60,270 nucleotides of DNA, from positions 1-60,270 of IMG/VR virus record IMGVR_UViG_3300037473_000305; one strand, given 5' to 3'. The translations under genes and the position numbers were made by a program. Under the pieces are notes generated by a model. It was not told where the DNA came from, made no database searches, and saw only the letters and a list, made by a program, of their open reading frames with translations. Positions within the stretch are counted from its first letter, which is position 1. Every line of letters begins with the position of its first letter. Origin of the DNA: a virus. Taxonomy: Duplodnaviria; Caudoviricetes. This document shows positions 38,670 to 47,457 of this stretch, piece after piece.

Positions 38670-39629
38670 TCAAAGGGTGGTATATTGCTGTATGGCTTTA
38701 AACAAGCTGAATGCAATTTGTGGCACTATTGCATTTCCTGCTGCTTTGATTGATTCGCGGCGCCATCGAGAAAAGGTAATTCCGTCCAGCTTGGTGGAAA
38801 TCCCATCATTTCCATGACAAAGCGGGGATTGAGTTGGGAAGGCTTCCCAGTTTGGTTTATTGAACTTTCCGAAATCACTGCCGCCAAACTCAACACGGGT
38901 TTCCCTGCTTTCTGGGAAGGTGTCAATTTCATTTGCCGGTTCTCGTTTTCTGAAGCTCTCGGCGTTGGTAGTAATCCTTGACCGACCATCCCCATTAAAG
39001 TCCATTTCTTCTTGTTTGTCTTGGGGTCTCGTTGGTATGTTCCTGTCGCAACTTTTGGAGTTGGAAGGAGGCCTACATAGGCCGTCAACGGCATACCGCC
39101 TTGTTTGTATTTGCCCTTTCGCATGCTTACCGAATCCGTCATAACGGTGGGCAATAAACCATATCCTATCTCGTCTGTGCGGTGCATTGACGGCACAAGC
39201 TGGAAGTAAAAACGGGAGCACTTCGTAGCCTTCAGCTTCCAGGTCAGCCTGCACTTCGTCGAATACCAGCCCTCCATCCCAATTAGTAAGGCCGCGAACG
39301 TTTTCGCCCACAACCCAGCTCGGTTGAACTTCACGAATTGCTCTAAGCATTTCTGGCCAGAGGTGGCGGTCATCTGCCTTTCCTTTTCGCTTTCCTGCCG
39401 TGCTGTAGGGCTGACATGGGAATCCACCCGTGATGAGGTCAATTCGTCCTCGCCAAATAGTAAAGTCTGTTGTCCTGATGTCTTCATGTTGATAGCTATT
39501 AGGGAAATGATGATTCATTACTTTATTGCAAAAAGGATCAATTTCACAGTGCATTACGTTCTCCCATCCCATCCAGTGAGCTGCAAGGCCAAACCCAGAT
39601 ATTCCATTAAAGAGGTGACCGCACCTCAT
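38670..39629 (-). CDS. DNA (cytosine-5)-methyltransferase, large chain (motifs I-VIII and X)
   Basis: LFNGISG, GGFPCQPYS, ENV, HRRDRIWF, GNAIVPQ; no motif IX in this frame. Confidence 0.93.
   Translation of the reverse strand: MRCGHLFNGISGFGLAAHWMGWENVMHCEIDPFCNKVMNHHFPNSYQHEDIRTTDFTIWRGRIDLITGGFPCQPYSTAGKRKGKADDRHLWPEMLRAIREVQPSWVVGENVRGLTNWDGGLVFDEVQADLEAEGYEVLPFLLPACAVNAPHRRDRIWFIAHRYDGFGKHAKGQIQTRRYAVDGLCRPPSNSKSCDRNIPTRPQDKQEEMDFNGDGRSRITTNAESFRKREPANEIDTFPESRETRVEFGGSDFGKFNKPNWEAFPTQSPLCHGNDGISTKLDGITFSRWRRESIKAAGNAIVPQIAFSLFKAIQQYTTL
38726..39487 (-). CDS. Nested alternative-frame ORF; putative second chain of the C5 methyltransferase
   Basis: 253-aa frame wholly inside the MTase gene; repeated LLPT(P); LNPRFVMEMMGFPPSWT resembling motif IX. 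Confidence 0.75.
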   Translation of the reverse strand: MKTSGQQTLLFGEDELTSSRVDSHVSPTARQESEKERQMTATSGQKCLEQFVKFNRAGLWAKTFAALLIGMEGWYSTKCRLTWKLKATKCSRFYFQLVPSMHRTDEIGYGLLPTVMTDSVSMRKGKYKQGGMPLTAYVGLLPTPKVATGTYQRDPKTNKKKWTLMGMVGQGLLPTPRASENENRQMKLTPSQKAGKPVLSLAAVISESSINQTGKPSQLNPRFVMEMMGFPPSWTELPFLDGAANQSKQQEMQ

Positions 39630-39919
39630 GGCTTCGCTTTATATCCCCACACCGTCGCCGGTGGTTTAATAATGATCTTTCTGTCATCCAGATAGACGGT
39701 ATCTTTTGCTCTTATCACGACATATCCCGGCTTCTCATGGGCTATGGTCATGTGGCCCTGCGTGATCAGCAGTGTTGCCCGGATCGTGTCCTGCCTGGCG
39801 AATTGAAGGGTTGTGGATCTATTAAAGTCCAGCTCTGCCGCCACGGCATTTTGCCGGTCCTGAGCGTACGTACCGCCGGTGCAGAAGAAGATGTAGAGGG
39901 AGAGGAGGGTGTGTTTCAT
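39626..39919 (-). CDS. Small secreted protein
   Basis: Signal peptide MKHTLLSLYIFFCTGGTYA-Q. Confidence 0.65.
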   Translation of the reverse strand: MKHTLLSLYIFFCTGGTYAQDRQNAVAAELDFNRSTTLQFARQDTIRATLLITQGHMTIAHEKPGYVVIRAKDTVYLDDRKIIIKPPATVWGYKAKP

Positions 39920-39928
39920 TGTTGTGGG

Positions 39929-40477
39929 TTAGATATATTTGAATTTATATCCTTTAGTTTGGCTATATTTTCCTTTTAATACACTGCAGATGTTTTGGCA
40001 GTGAATATTCAGTTTCCTTGCTGCTTCACGAACTGATGAAAATGTAGTTATAACATTTCCACTTAAACCCAACACAATTACCGGCTTTGATATTGAATTC
40101 TTGTTCCCTTTATTTAATCCTAATCTATAAGCGTGTTTGACATTATAACTTCGATCACACCACATCAAATTTTGTTTACGATTATCTTCTTTGTTTCCAT
40201 TTTCATGATTTACTTCAGGAAGGTTTACCGGATTAGGTATGTGAGCTAATGCAACCAAACGGTTAACACGCATCAATTTCTTACTTTTACCTACCGATAG
40301 TTTTACAACTAAATATCCTCCACGTTTTGAGTTTTGTTGCTTTATTAAAACTTCTTTCTTGCGATTATTTCTGGGTATTGATTTTATTCGCCCTAAATCT
40401 GAAACGAGATAAAAGCCAGAAAATGGTTCTATTGTTACAGGAAGCCAAACCTCCTCATTGATATTTTTTAATTTCAT
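39929..40477 (-). CDS. NUMOD4-HNH-NUMOD1 homing endonuclease
   Basis: EVW....YLVSDLGRIKS; RLVALAHIPNP...VNHENGNKEDN; FSSVREAARKL...KGYKFKY. Confidence 0.9.
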   Translation of the reverse strand: MKLKNINEEVWLPVTIEPFSGFYLVSDLGRIKSIPRNNRKKEVLIKQQNSKRGGYLVVKLSVGKSKKLMRVNRLVALAHIPNPVNLPEVNHENGNKEDNRKQNLMWCDRSYNVKHAYRLGLNKGNKNSISKPVIVLGLSGNVITTFSSVREAARKLNIHCQNICSVLKGKYSQTKGYKFKYI

Positions 40478-40847
40478 TTTTATAGTGTTGTATCAAAGCT
40501 TCTAATTCTATTCGCGACCACTTGTAAACTCGCCGCAAGTCGGAGGATAATTCAAGCCGCTGGACCCGCTCCTCGCCGATGCGCCGGATAAGACGTTTAC
40601 GATATTCTAAAAGATTCCCATGAAGCCACGTATTACACTTTATACAGCTTCCGTGACAGTTGTCGTCTGTGAATCTGAGAGCTGAATAATGGCCTACACT
40701 GAAATAGTGGCTGGCGTGTTCAACCTTGTGACTCGAGCAGCTTATACATCCCTTGTCCTTGTCACGGGCGCGGATGTAAGCGTTGAAAGTTTGCTGACAT
40801 TTCTTAAGAAGACGGGGGAGTGATATGGGTTTGCGGGTGATCATCAT
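40455..40847 (-). CDS. NinG/Rap-like recombination endonuclease
   Basis: FNAYIRARD..GCISC...HY....LRF..DNCH..C..CN....GN...Y...L. Confidence 0.85.
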   Translation of the reverse strand: MMITRKPISLPRLLKKCQQTFNAYIRARDKDKGCISCSSHKVEHASHYFSVGHYSALRFTDDNCHGSCIKCNTWLHGNLLEYRKRLIRRIGEERVQRLELSSDLRRVYKWSRIELEALIQHYKNEIKKYQ

Positions 40848-41515
40848 TTGCGGGTTTGGCTAAATTCAAATCTTGCAGATCTAGCAGCATCACAAGCTCG
40901 CTTTATTGCGTTGACGTAGTTTAAAAACTCATCCCCATCAGCAATCAGCCATCCTTTGTGGGGGCGAACATTTATAATTGCTCCTTTTTCTGCGGGGTTG
41001 TCGCCTCCGCAAGGAGTATCGAAATCGCATGGATAGCATACAAAGCCTATTTCATCTCCGTAATCATATACATCCAACTTGGTTATACTTGCACACCTCG
41101 GGCAGATAAGATAGTCCGATAAGGAAAGTGACTTGAATCCGTGGTTTAAACAATACTCCAATTTCAAATATCCCTTTTCCAATATATCCCATGGATCGCC
41201 AGATAAAAGACGGAAATAATGTTCTGGAATAACATTTCCCAAGGTTTTATAATAATCCCTACTTAACTGCTCCAACTTCCCGTCGCCTTTTTCTCCATTA
41301 GGTTTAACCTCATACCAATTTGTTATATTTAGGGTACCTGATACTTTAAAATCAGGTAGATATCGCTCACCATTCGATAGGTTAAACCCTTCAACTTCAT
41401 ACTGCCACTTAAGACCGAGCGCATCAAAGAACACGGCCCACCTGGCCTCTAACCGGCTTCTGAACTTATACCCCTTATAAGTTGTGTCAATTGGTCTTAA
41501 AAAATTATTACTCAT
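40844..41515 (-). CDS. PD-(D/E)XK nuclease-like protein
   Basis: FRSRLEARWA.FFD....W.YE.EGF...YLPDF...EVK. Confidence 0.7.
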   Translation of the reverse strand: MSNNFLRPIDTTYKGYKFRSRLEARWAVFFDALGLKWQYEVEGFNLSNGERYLPDFKVSGTLNITNWYEVKPNGEKGDGKLEQLSRDYYKTLGNVIPEHYFRLLSGDPWDILEKGYLKLEYCLNHGFKSLSLSDYLICPRCASITKLDVYDYGDEIGFVCYPCDFDTPCGGDNPAEKGAIINVRPHKGWLIADGDEFLNYVNAIKRACDAARSARFEFSQTRK

Positions 41516-41516
41516 A

Positions 41517-42941
41517 TTAAAAAGGTTGATCTTCATCTTTATCAGGTTCATAATAATTTTGACTTGGGATGTGAACCGGTTTAAATCCTGATACCTGCCG
41601 CTCTGAAAACCTCATTCGAGGTGGGTCAAATTCAAGCGGTATACGAAGGTTTGGTTCGCCATCTCGCCACTTACGAACGATCAAATCAGCTTCTCGTTCG
41701 GTAGAATTTCCGTTTTCGTCCTTTTCAAAGCCACTCATCCAATCCCGGTGCAGGAACATGACAACGTCTGCATCCTGCTCGATAGCGCCTGATTCACGCA
41801 GATCTGACAATTTAGGGTACCGATCTTCTCCTTTCCGGTTTGTTACTTCACGGTTAAGCTGCGCCAGCACCACCACGGGAATATCCAGCTCCTTTGCCAT
41901 CAACTTGCACCCCCGGCTCATTTGACGCACTTCGTTTTCCCGATTGCTATTCTTTGTGGTGTATCCAGATGAATCAACTAATTGCAGGTAATCGATAAAA
42001 AGAATATCGCAACCTTCCTTGTGTTTTAATTTTTGCGCCTTTGCTTTAATTTCCGGTATTGATACTTGCGTTTTATCACTAACGAAAACGGAAAGTTTTG
42101 TAGAGTTACCGATCTGTTGATACATTCGCTGCTGCATGTTTTCATCATCTACTAATCCCCGATACAGTGTAGCGAAATCGAATTCAGTATCGAGTGCGGC
42201 CAAACGGCCGGCAATTTTTGCGTTACTCATTTCCAGTGATATAATCCCCACCTTCCTGCCATTACGGGCCATATTCATCGCCAATAAGCCCAGGAGGGCG
42301 CTCTTGCCCACCGATGGTCTGGCGCCGATAACGATCATGTCGCCATTCATTAGACCGCCATTGGTTTGATCCAGTCGTTTCAAGCCTGTTAACACACCCG
42401 GCCCTTGTGTCTTCATTTTGTCCTGATGCCTGAAAAGTTCGATCATCAGATCCGTCATGTCGTACCATTCCTTGTTTTCACTACTGCCTGATAAAAGCGT
42501 AAGTTTAGATTGCAGTTCAATGATCTTCTGCCTGGCATTGCCCTCACCTGGGCCAGAGTAGGTCAGTTTGATGATCTCTCGATCGATCCACATCTCGTAA
42601 ATCGCCCGGCAGTAATACTCAACGTTCGCTGATGAAACGACGTGATTTGTACAGGTCATCAGATAGTACCCTACTGTGTAGCCGTAGAAGTCTTCCCAGC
42701 CCCTTTTTCTAATCAGGTAATCCGTGACGGTCAATAAATCGATCGGCGCATTGTTGTCGTACATCCATCGCATAGCCGCATAGACCTCTTTGTTCCTGTC
42801 GAAGTAAAAATGCTCCTCACTGACAATCCCGTATGTCCGGCTAAATCCATCCTTTTCGAGCAAGCAAACACCGATAATCGCCGTTTCCATGTCCTGGCTA
42901 TAGTGCCTGTCTTTGGTGAAAAGTTTTGCTGGTGAATTCAT
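41517..42941 (-). CDS. dnaB: Replicative DNA helicase (DnaB family)
   Basis: GARPSVGKS, SLEMS, IDYLQL, LAQLNR, SDLRESGAIEQDADVVMFL. Confidence 0.95.
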   Translation of the reverse strand: MNSPAKLFTKDRHYSQDMETAIIGVCLLEKDGFSRTYGIVSEEHFYFDRNKEVYAAMRWMYDNNAPIDLLTVTDYLIRKRGWEDFYGYTVGYYLMTCTNHVVSSANVEYYCRAIYEMWIDREIIKLTYSGPGEGNARQKIIELQSKLTLLSGSSENKEWYDMTDLMIELFRHQDKMKTQGPGVLTGLKRLDQTNGGLMNGDMIVIGARPSVGKSALLGLLAMNMARNGRKVGIISLEMSNAKIAGRLAALDTEFDFATLYRGLVDDENMQQRMYQQIGNSTKLSVFVSDKTQVSIPEIKAKAQKLKHKEGCDILFIDYLQLVDSSGYTTKNSNRENEVRQMSRGCKLMAKELDIPVVVLAQLNREVTNRKGEDRYPKLSDLRESGAIEQDADVVMFLHRDWMSGFEKDENGNSTEREADLIVRKWRDGEPNLRIPLEFDPPRMRFSERQVSGFKPVHIPSQNYYEPDKDEDQPF

Positions 42942-43636
42942 TCTAGGGTTTTTAGGCTGGGTGAACTCAACTGTTGTTGCGCCTGCTCTGGCAATTTGTA
43001 ACCTTTCGCCTTCTGCGTGTTTAACCACCCGCCGAAAAGTTTTTTGTACTTCGCCTCAGAAAAGTCGGGCATCACATCGTTGCTGATTGATGCGTTATAC
43101 TGCGCCATCCATCGTTGTAATTCCGGCGGTTTTAGGTAGTGTCCCTGGCACACCGTTTCCTTCCAACGCTGATCATTCCAGACCTTGTTCGCTACCAGCG
43201 TAACCGCCTCCATTCCGATTGTTTCTTTTTTTTCACCTATCCCTTCTTTATCCTTGTCTTTATCTTTGTCTTTATCCAGGAGGGTTCGGGAACCCTTCAG
43301 CAACCCTTGAAGATTATATTTATCCAATTCCTGAATTATGGAATTATGGACGTTGGTACCAGTCCTTAAAGACCCGTATTGAAAAGTGATAAAGTCCGGG
43401 ATGAACCATTTGGCTCCGCCGTCAAACTCGACAATCCTTTCTTTAAAGAACCCCCGAATTTTTTCAATCGACAGCTGTATCCCCAACCTCGCTTGCGCCA
43501 CTTCCAATTCAACATGCCATATTCCTGCGTGGTTGCAATCGTCTAATAGATATAACCAAAAGAGCTTATATTCAGTAGGCAAAGATTTTATGAACGACTT
43601 TTTCCATTTGTCTGTATCTGTAAATCGTTTAGACAT
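42938..43636 (-). CDS. Phage replication initiator-like protein
   Basis: Upstream of helicase; winged-helix-like N-terminus and DKDKDKDK linker. Confidence 0.7.
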   Translation of the reverse strand: MSKRFTDTDKWKKSFIKSLPTEYKLFWLYLLDDCNHAGIWHVELEVAQARLGIQLSIEKIRGFFKERIVEFDGGAKWFIPDFITFQYGSLRTGTNVHNSIIQELDKYNLQGLLKGSRTLLDKDKDKDKDKEGIGEKKETIGMEAVTLVANKVWNDQRWKETVCQGHYLKPPELQRWMAQYNASISNDVMPDFSEAKYKKLFGGWLNTQKAKGYKLPEQAQQQLSSPSLKTLE

Positions 43637-43648
43637 AGTGATAGCGAA

Positions 43649-44053
43649 TTAAAATGGCATATCCGGAGTTTCAGATTCGCGTATTTTATCGATCCTTTCA
43701 CAGTCCTTTTGATAGGCCGCTCTCACGTCAGATCTGAAATGACTACTACTTGCAAACCTGGATAACAGCATGTCAAATTCGATATTGTTAATATGTTTGA
43801 AACACTTTTCAAGTGTGCTACTGATGAACCCCATATGTACATTTAAAAATCCAGCGGCTAAAAATGTTTGTATTAATATTTGCTGCTGAACTTTACTTTC
43901 TTCTTCAGCTTCATGGCAACTTTCGCATAAAGTAACTAGGCATTCATCAGGATAGCTCCAGGGCTCACAGCCGGTAGTATACCATCTATGATGAACATGT
44001 AAAGTGCTGTTTGTATCATGGCAGTTTTTACATTCAAAACTGTCTCTTTGCAT
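43649..44053 (-). CDS. HNH-family protein (5' end disrupted or frameshifted)
   Basis: RD.FEC..C......LHVHH......LVTLCESCH; frame continues upstream as EKLKDPRWQKRR without an in-frame ATG. Confidence 0.65.
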   Translation of the reverse strand: MQRDSFECKNCHDTNSTLHVHHRWYTTGCEPWSYPDECLVTLCESCHEAEEESKVQQQILIQTFLAAGFLNVHMGFISSTLEKCFKHINNIEFDMLLSRFASSSHFRSDVRAAYQKDCERIDKIRESETPDMPF

Positions 44054-44088
44054 TATTAATAACCGTCGCTTCTGCCATCTAGGATCTT

Positions 44089-44163
44089 TCAGTTTTTCAC
44101 CCTGCCAATGTTTGAAATGGAAAATCGTCCATTGCCAAAAGAAATATCAATCCATACTTCCAT
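44089..44163 (-). pseudogene. NUMOD4 N-terminal fragment
   Basis: Hand translation MEVWIDISFGNGRFSISNIGRVKN*, similar to the N-terminus of 39929..40477. Confidence 0.6.
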
Positions 44164-44164
44164 G

Positions 44165-44596
44165 CTAAAACATTTTTAGTTCAGTATTTGGTGCCGGGAT
44201 CACAACCGATAAATATTCGGCACACCATTGCGCTATCCGTTCAATATACTCTGCAAAACCAGATTTTGTTAATTGTGTTGTGCTACCAGGAACTTCAATG
44301 ACCTCACCATCTTTATTAGGAATTTGAACTACATTAAATTTTTGCTTCAAAAAAAAGTGCGTCTCTTCATGTGTCAAATCATACCCTATTTCCTTTAACC
44401 CAAGCCTAACGGATTGCACTACTACCCCGTGATAGTAATTATTCTGCGGATTGCTGCGCTTGCTACCTTTTCGTTCAAACCTTACGACAATGTTCTTACC
44501 AGGATACTGCCGAGCCCATTCAGCTAAGCGGTCGCGATTGTGTACGTGTAGAACACCAACATCATCGATATGGCCTGAAAGTTCGAGTTTCTCCAT
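44165..44596 (-). CDS. NinB/YbcN-like protein
   Basis: RSNPQNNYY...ST..L.K..F..YIE.I. Confidence 0.7.
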   Translation of the reverse strand: MEKLELSGHIDDVGVLHVHNRDRLAEWARQYPGKNIVVRFERKGSKRSNPQNNYYHGVVVQSVRLGLKEIGYDLTHEETHFFLKQKFNVVQIPNKDGEVIEVPGSTTQLTKSGFAEYIERIAQWCAEYLSVVIPAPNTELKMF

Positions 44597-45276
44597 TACG
44601 CAGCTTTGTCTGAATTTTTAGCACCTAGCACATCCTGAAAAATAATCTGCCTCAAAATATCCACGGCCTTGTGCAGGCGTTCGTCCAGTTCTTTACAATA
44701 AGCGGCATCGTACGGTACCGATAGCACTTTCATTCGTACCTCGGGTGACAATGGCCGCGGGTCGTAGCTAACGAAATACCCGTTCTTAAAGCCTGTACAC
44801 ATCATGTTGAATTGAACCTGTGCGTAGTAAAACGGCCTTACATCTTTCAGGTCTTCATGCGACTTCATGCGCCAGTACTTGATGTGATGCGTGGACACTT
44901 CGGGGCATTTGATTTCAAACACCGACTGCAGGTGCGGTATGATGCCATCAGGTGAACCGCCGGCCCATTTTTCCACCGGCTTGTAAGGATAGAAGCGCGG
45001 ATTGATTCTGCCATAATATTCCGTCTTGTGTTGCATGCGCTCCTCAAACAGCGCAGCGGCTTCTGCCTCGTAGGTGTTGCCCCACTCGATAGCTTTCAAT
45101 CCCTCCAGGTCGGTAACGGGCAGTTGATTGAATATCTCCGCGGCACGGCTTTCAATATAAGTCATGGCACCTTCACCGAAATATTGATCCTTACCGCGGC
45201 CTTTGACCATGAGCTTGCCGATCTCACTGGCGCTGAACTTTCCCAGGCGTTCGCCTTTCCATTGCTGTTCGGTCAT
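44596..45276 (-). CDS. YqaJ/lambda-exonuclease-family nuclease
   Basis: W...R.G.FSASE, WG..YE..A, GSPDG, EIKCP, Y.QVQ..M. Confidence 0.9.
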   Translation of the reverse strand: MTEQQWKGERLGKFSASEIGKLMVKGRGKDQYFGEGAMTYIESRAAEIFNQLPVTDLEGLKAIEWGNTYEAEAAALFEERMQHKTEYYGRINPRFYPYKPVEKWAGGSPDGIIPHLQSVFEIKCPEVSTHHIKYWRMKSHEDLKDVRPFYYAQVQFNMMCTGFKNGYFVSYDPRPLSPEVRMKVLSVPYDAAYCKELDERLHKAVDILRQIIFQDVLGAKNSDKAA

Positions 45277-45992
45277 TGCAGTGCATTTAATGCGTTATTG
45301 TAACCTTGTTGACGTTGGTCGAGCACAGCCGTTTCGCTGGCTACAATATCTTCTGCTTCATCAGCCGTGCCCATGCCCATCAAAACATCTGGCGCATACA
45401 GACGACCGAAGAATGCAGCCGCACGGTAGCGAAACATGAGCTCCGGCATAGTCTTCCATTTACTACCCGCCTTTGTTGACCAGCCTTCATCCTTTGCCAT
45501 CTTGAGCGTTACCTTCGGACCTTCGAGCACTTCGCCTGTATTATCCTTCGCCCAGGCAGTGCAGCCATATTCTTCGCCTTCTCCGTCCATACGGAAGCGA
45601 AGCGGCGTAAACCGTTTACAGCTATTTAAGGCCGAGATAATGAACTGACTTGACCAAGAGGGGCGACCTTGAATAATGTTCAGGTTTTGCATCACCATGA
45701 GCGGGGAGGCGCCGATTCGGTTTGACATTTCCAGCGCGATCATGATATTGGGAATATTGTTTTGATAGTCCTTTGGTACTAAGCTGGATAAGCCGAGCAT
45801 TTTGGAGACACGTTGTGCATGCTCAAAAGCAAGTTTATCGTTGAATACAGGAACGTGAGGAACGGCGACCAAAGATTGTTGCTCGTTCGGAGCCACTGGT
45901 AATTGGGCTGTTGCCGGCGCCTCATCGGTTACAGTAGGAGCAGCGGCTTGCTGCGAATTTGCATCTTCGAAAGGTAATTGTTGATTATCCAT
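45273..45992 (-). CDS. Single-strand annealing recombinase (RecT-like)
   Basis: Paired with exonuclease; SKWKTMPELM.RYRA...F.R.Y.PD.L.G. Confidence 0.75.
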   Translation of the reverse strand: MDNQQLPFEDANSQQAAAPTVTDEAPATAQLPVAPNEQQSLVAVPHVPVFNDKLAFEHAQRVSKMLGLSSLVPKDYQNNIPNIMIALEMSNRIGASPLMVMQNLNIIQGRPSWSSQFIISALNSCKRFTPLRFRMDGEGEEYGCTAWAKDNTGEVLEGPKVTLKMAKDEGWSTKAGSKWKTMPELMFRYRAAAFFGRLYAPDVLMGMGTADEAEDIVASETAVLDQRQQGYNNALNALQ

Positions 45993-46066
45993 TATCTTTG
46001 CTTTTATTGTAGTTTTTGATGTGTTAAATTAGGGCCGGTCATCCCGGCCCCCTTCGCGGGTGTTCT

Positions 46067-46504
46067 TTACTCTTTGATCATATCGGTGTTTGTATTGGTG
46101 ACTTGTAGTAGGTCTGGGTTAGTGTGGATGTTGCCTACAATAGTGGCAAATCTTGTAGGGTCATAAATGTTCATAAACGTTCTAAAATATCTGCCACACG
46201 TAGACCCGTAAGCAGACATGAATGGTGCGTTATTCGGGTCAATTGAGCCGTCCCAGTCAGTAGAGTGTAATACATACTCCATTTTCTTTTCGTCATCCCA
46301 CTTAATAACATCGGCCTCGAATATCTCCTTACCGTTCTTGTCCTTTAAGCCAACATACTGGCCTACTGTTTCTGGGATGACTGAGTGATTTATGACTCCA
46401 TTTTCTAGGATTGCACATTCGTGATGAATTGGCTTGGATATGAGATCACCATATACCCATTTTTTATCATCAACCCGCTGTCCGCGGAACTTTATTGGTC
46501 TCAT
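46067..46504 (-). CDS. YopX-family protein
   Basis: IKFRG, TVGQYVGLKDKNGKEIFE.D, VGNIH.NPDLL. Confidence 0.9.
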   Translation of the reverse strand: MRPIKFRGQRVDDKKWVYGDLISKPIHHECAILENGVINHSVIPETVGQYVGLKDKNGKEIFEADVIKWDDEKKMEYVLHSTDWDGSIDPNNAPFMSAYGSTCGRYFRTFMNIYDPTRFATIVGNIHTNPDLLQVTNTNTDMIKE

Positions 46505-46832
46505 AATTTTTGTTTTTTAAAAACCGCCACCCCGATCTGATGGCGGTAATCCTAAACCTTATCCTATGAAGAAAACTGTACGATTTTTAAAAACCATCCG
46601 GCGGCTCGGCCGGATGGAACCTTTGAAAAACCCTGGTCCTGAAAAACCACATCTATACTGGTCCATGACAAAGAGATATTGGCGTCCTTCAGGATACTAC
46701 CGAAGTAGTAATTGACCCCTCATTGCAAAATCTATAAGTGTTAATCACGTACCCGTTCGCCGTCACAGTCAGGCGGGTAACCCGGTATTGCAACCGATTC
46801 TCCATGCCCCGGACACCAATAAATATTTTTAA

Positions 46833-46951
46833 ATTGACGGATGGCAGGATTGGTTACCTGCATTTGTGACAACGACCCTCAAGCATCGCTTCCGGCTGCG
46901 AGTTGTCACCGTTGCTCCCTCGTTGCGTTTATCTCCGCCACATCCGTCAAT
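46833..46951 (-). ncRNA. tRNA-like structured RNA (non-canonical)
   Basis: 11-bp closing stem ATTGACGGATG/CATCCGTCAAT; D-like arm GCG-GAGATAAA-CGC; GTGACAAC/GTTGTCAC long arm; T-like arm GCAGG-TAACCAAT-CCTGC. Confidence 0.5.
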
Positions 46952-47457
46952 ACCTTCAATGAGCTTTAAGAAACCAGCCGGTTACCTCCTGCTGATCCAG
47001 GAACAGATGCCAACACATCTGCCGGCCGGTCAAAGAACTTCCTTTTCTTCCAGCAGTTTCATCGCCCGTTCCGTCCGGTCACTGTTTATCTTCAACAGAC
47101 CGGCGACTATACTTAATATGATCAGTAGCATCTTTGCTTTCTTTTGTGTTTTCAGGTACGCGACGCACTCATCAATGCAGATGGATAAATGGTGGCTCGC
47201 CACACTCAAAACCCAACTCTTCCCAGCATATATCGACATCGTCCAGAAGTGTTGTTTGTTCAGCTTGATGTGCATCTTTGATCTTTTTAAGGGTTCGTTT
47301 ATTTGCTCTGTAAGCAGCAATGACCATTATCAATACGAGAAACAACCAAAGGCTTGCGAATACTACAATCAGGTTTAATGCGGTCATGGGGTTTACTTTA
47401 TTGGTTTTAAAAAGCCGGCGGCACTGTGCCTCACCGGCGAACCGTCCTACGAAATAA

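Noticed and set aside
43246-43278. Short ctttatc(c/t)ttgt repeats as origin iterons
   Set aside because: Explained by the DKDKDK coding linker; an origin role cannot be supported from sequence alone
46740-46800. HDV-like (theta) or hammerhead ribozyme next to the tRNA-like element
   Set aside because: Could not fit the nested pseudoknot or the CUGANGA/GAAA core by eye
46833-46951. Functional canonical tRNA
   Set aside because: No TTCG T-loop or 7-nt anticodon loop; kept only as tRNA-like
46515-47457. Hairpin-spacer units as a CRISPR mini-array
   Set aside because: Hairpin sequences differ from each other; only the architecture repeats
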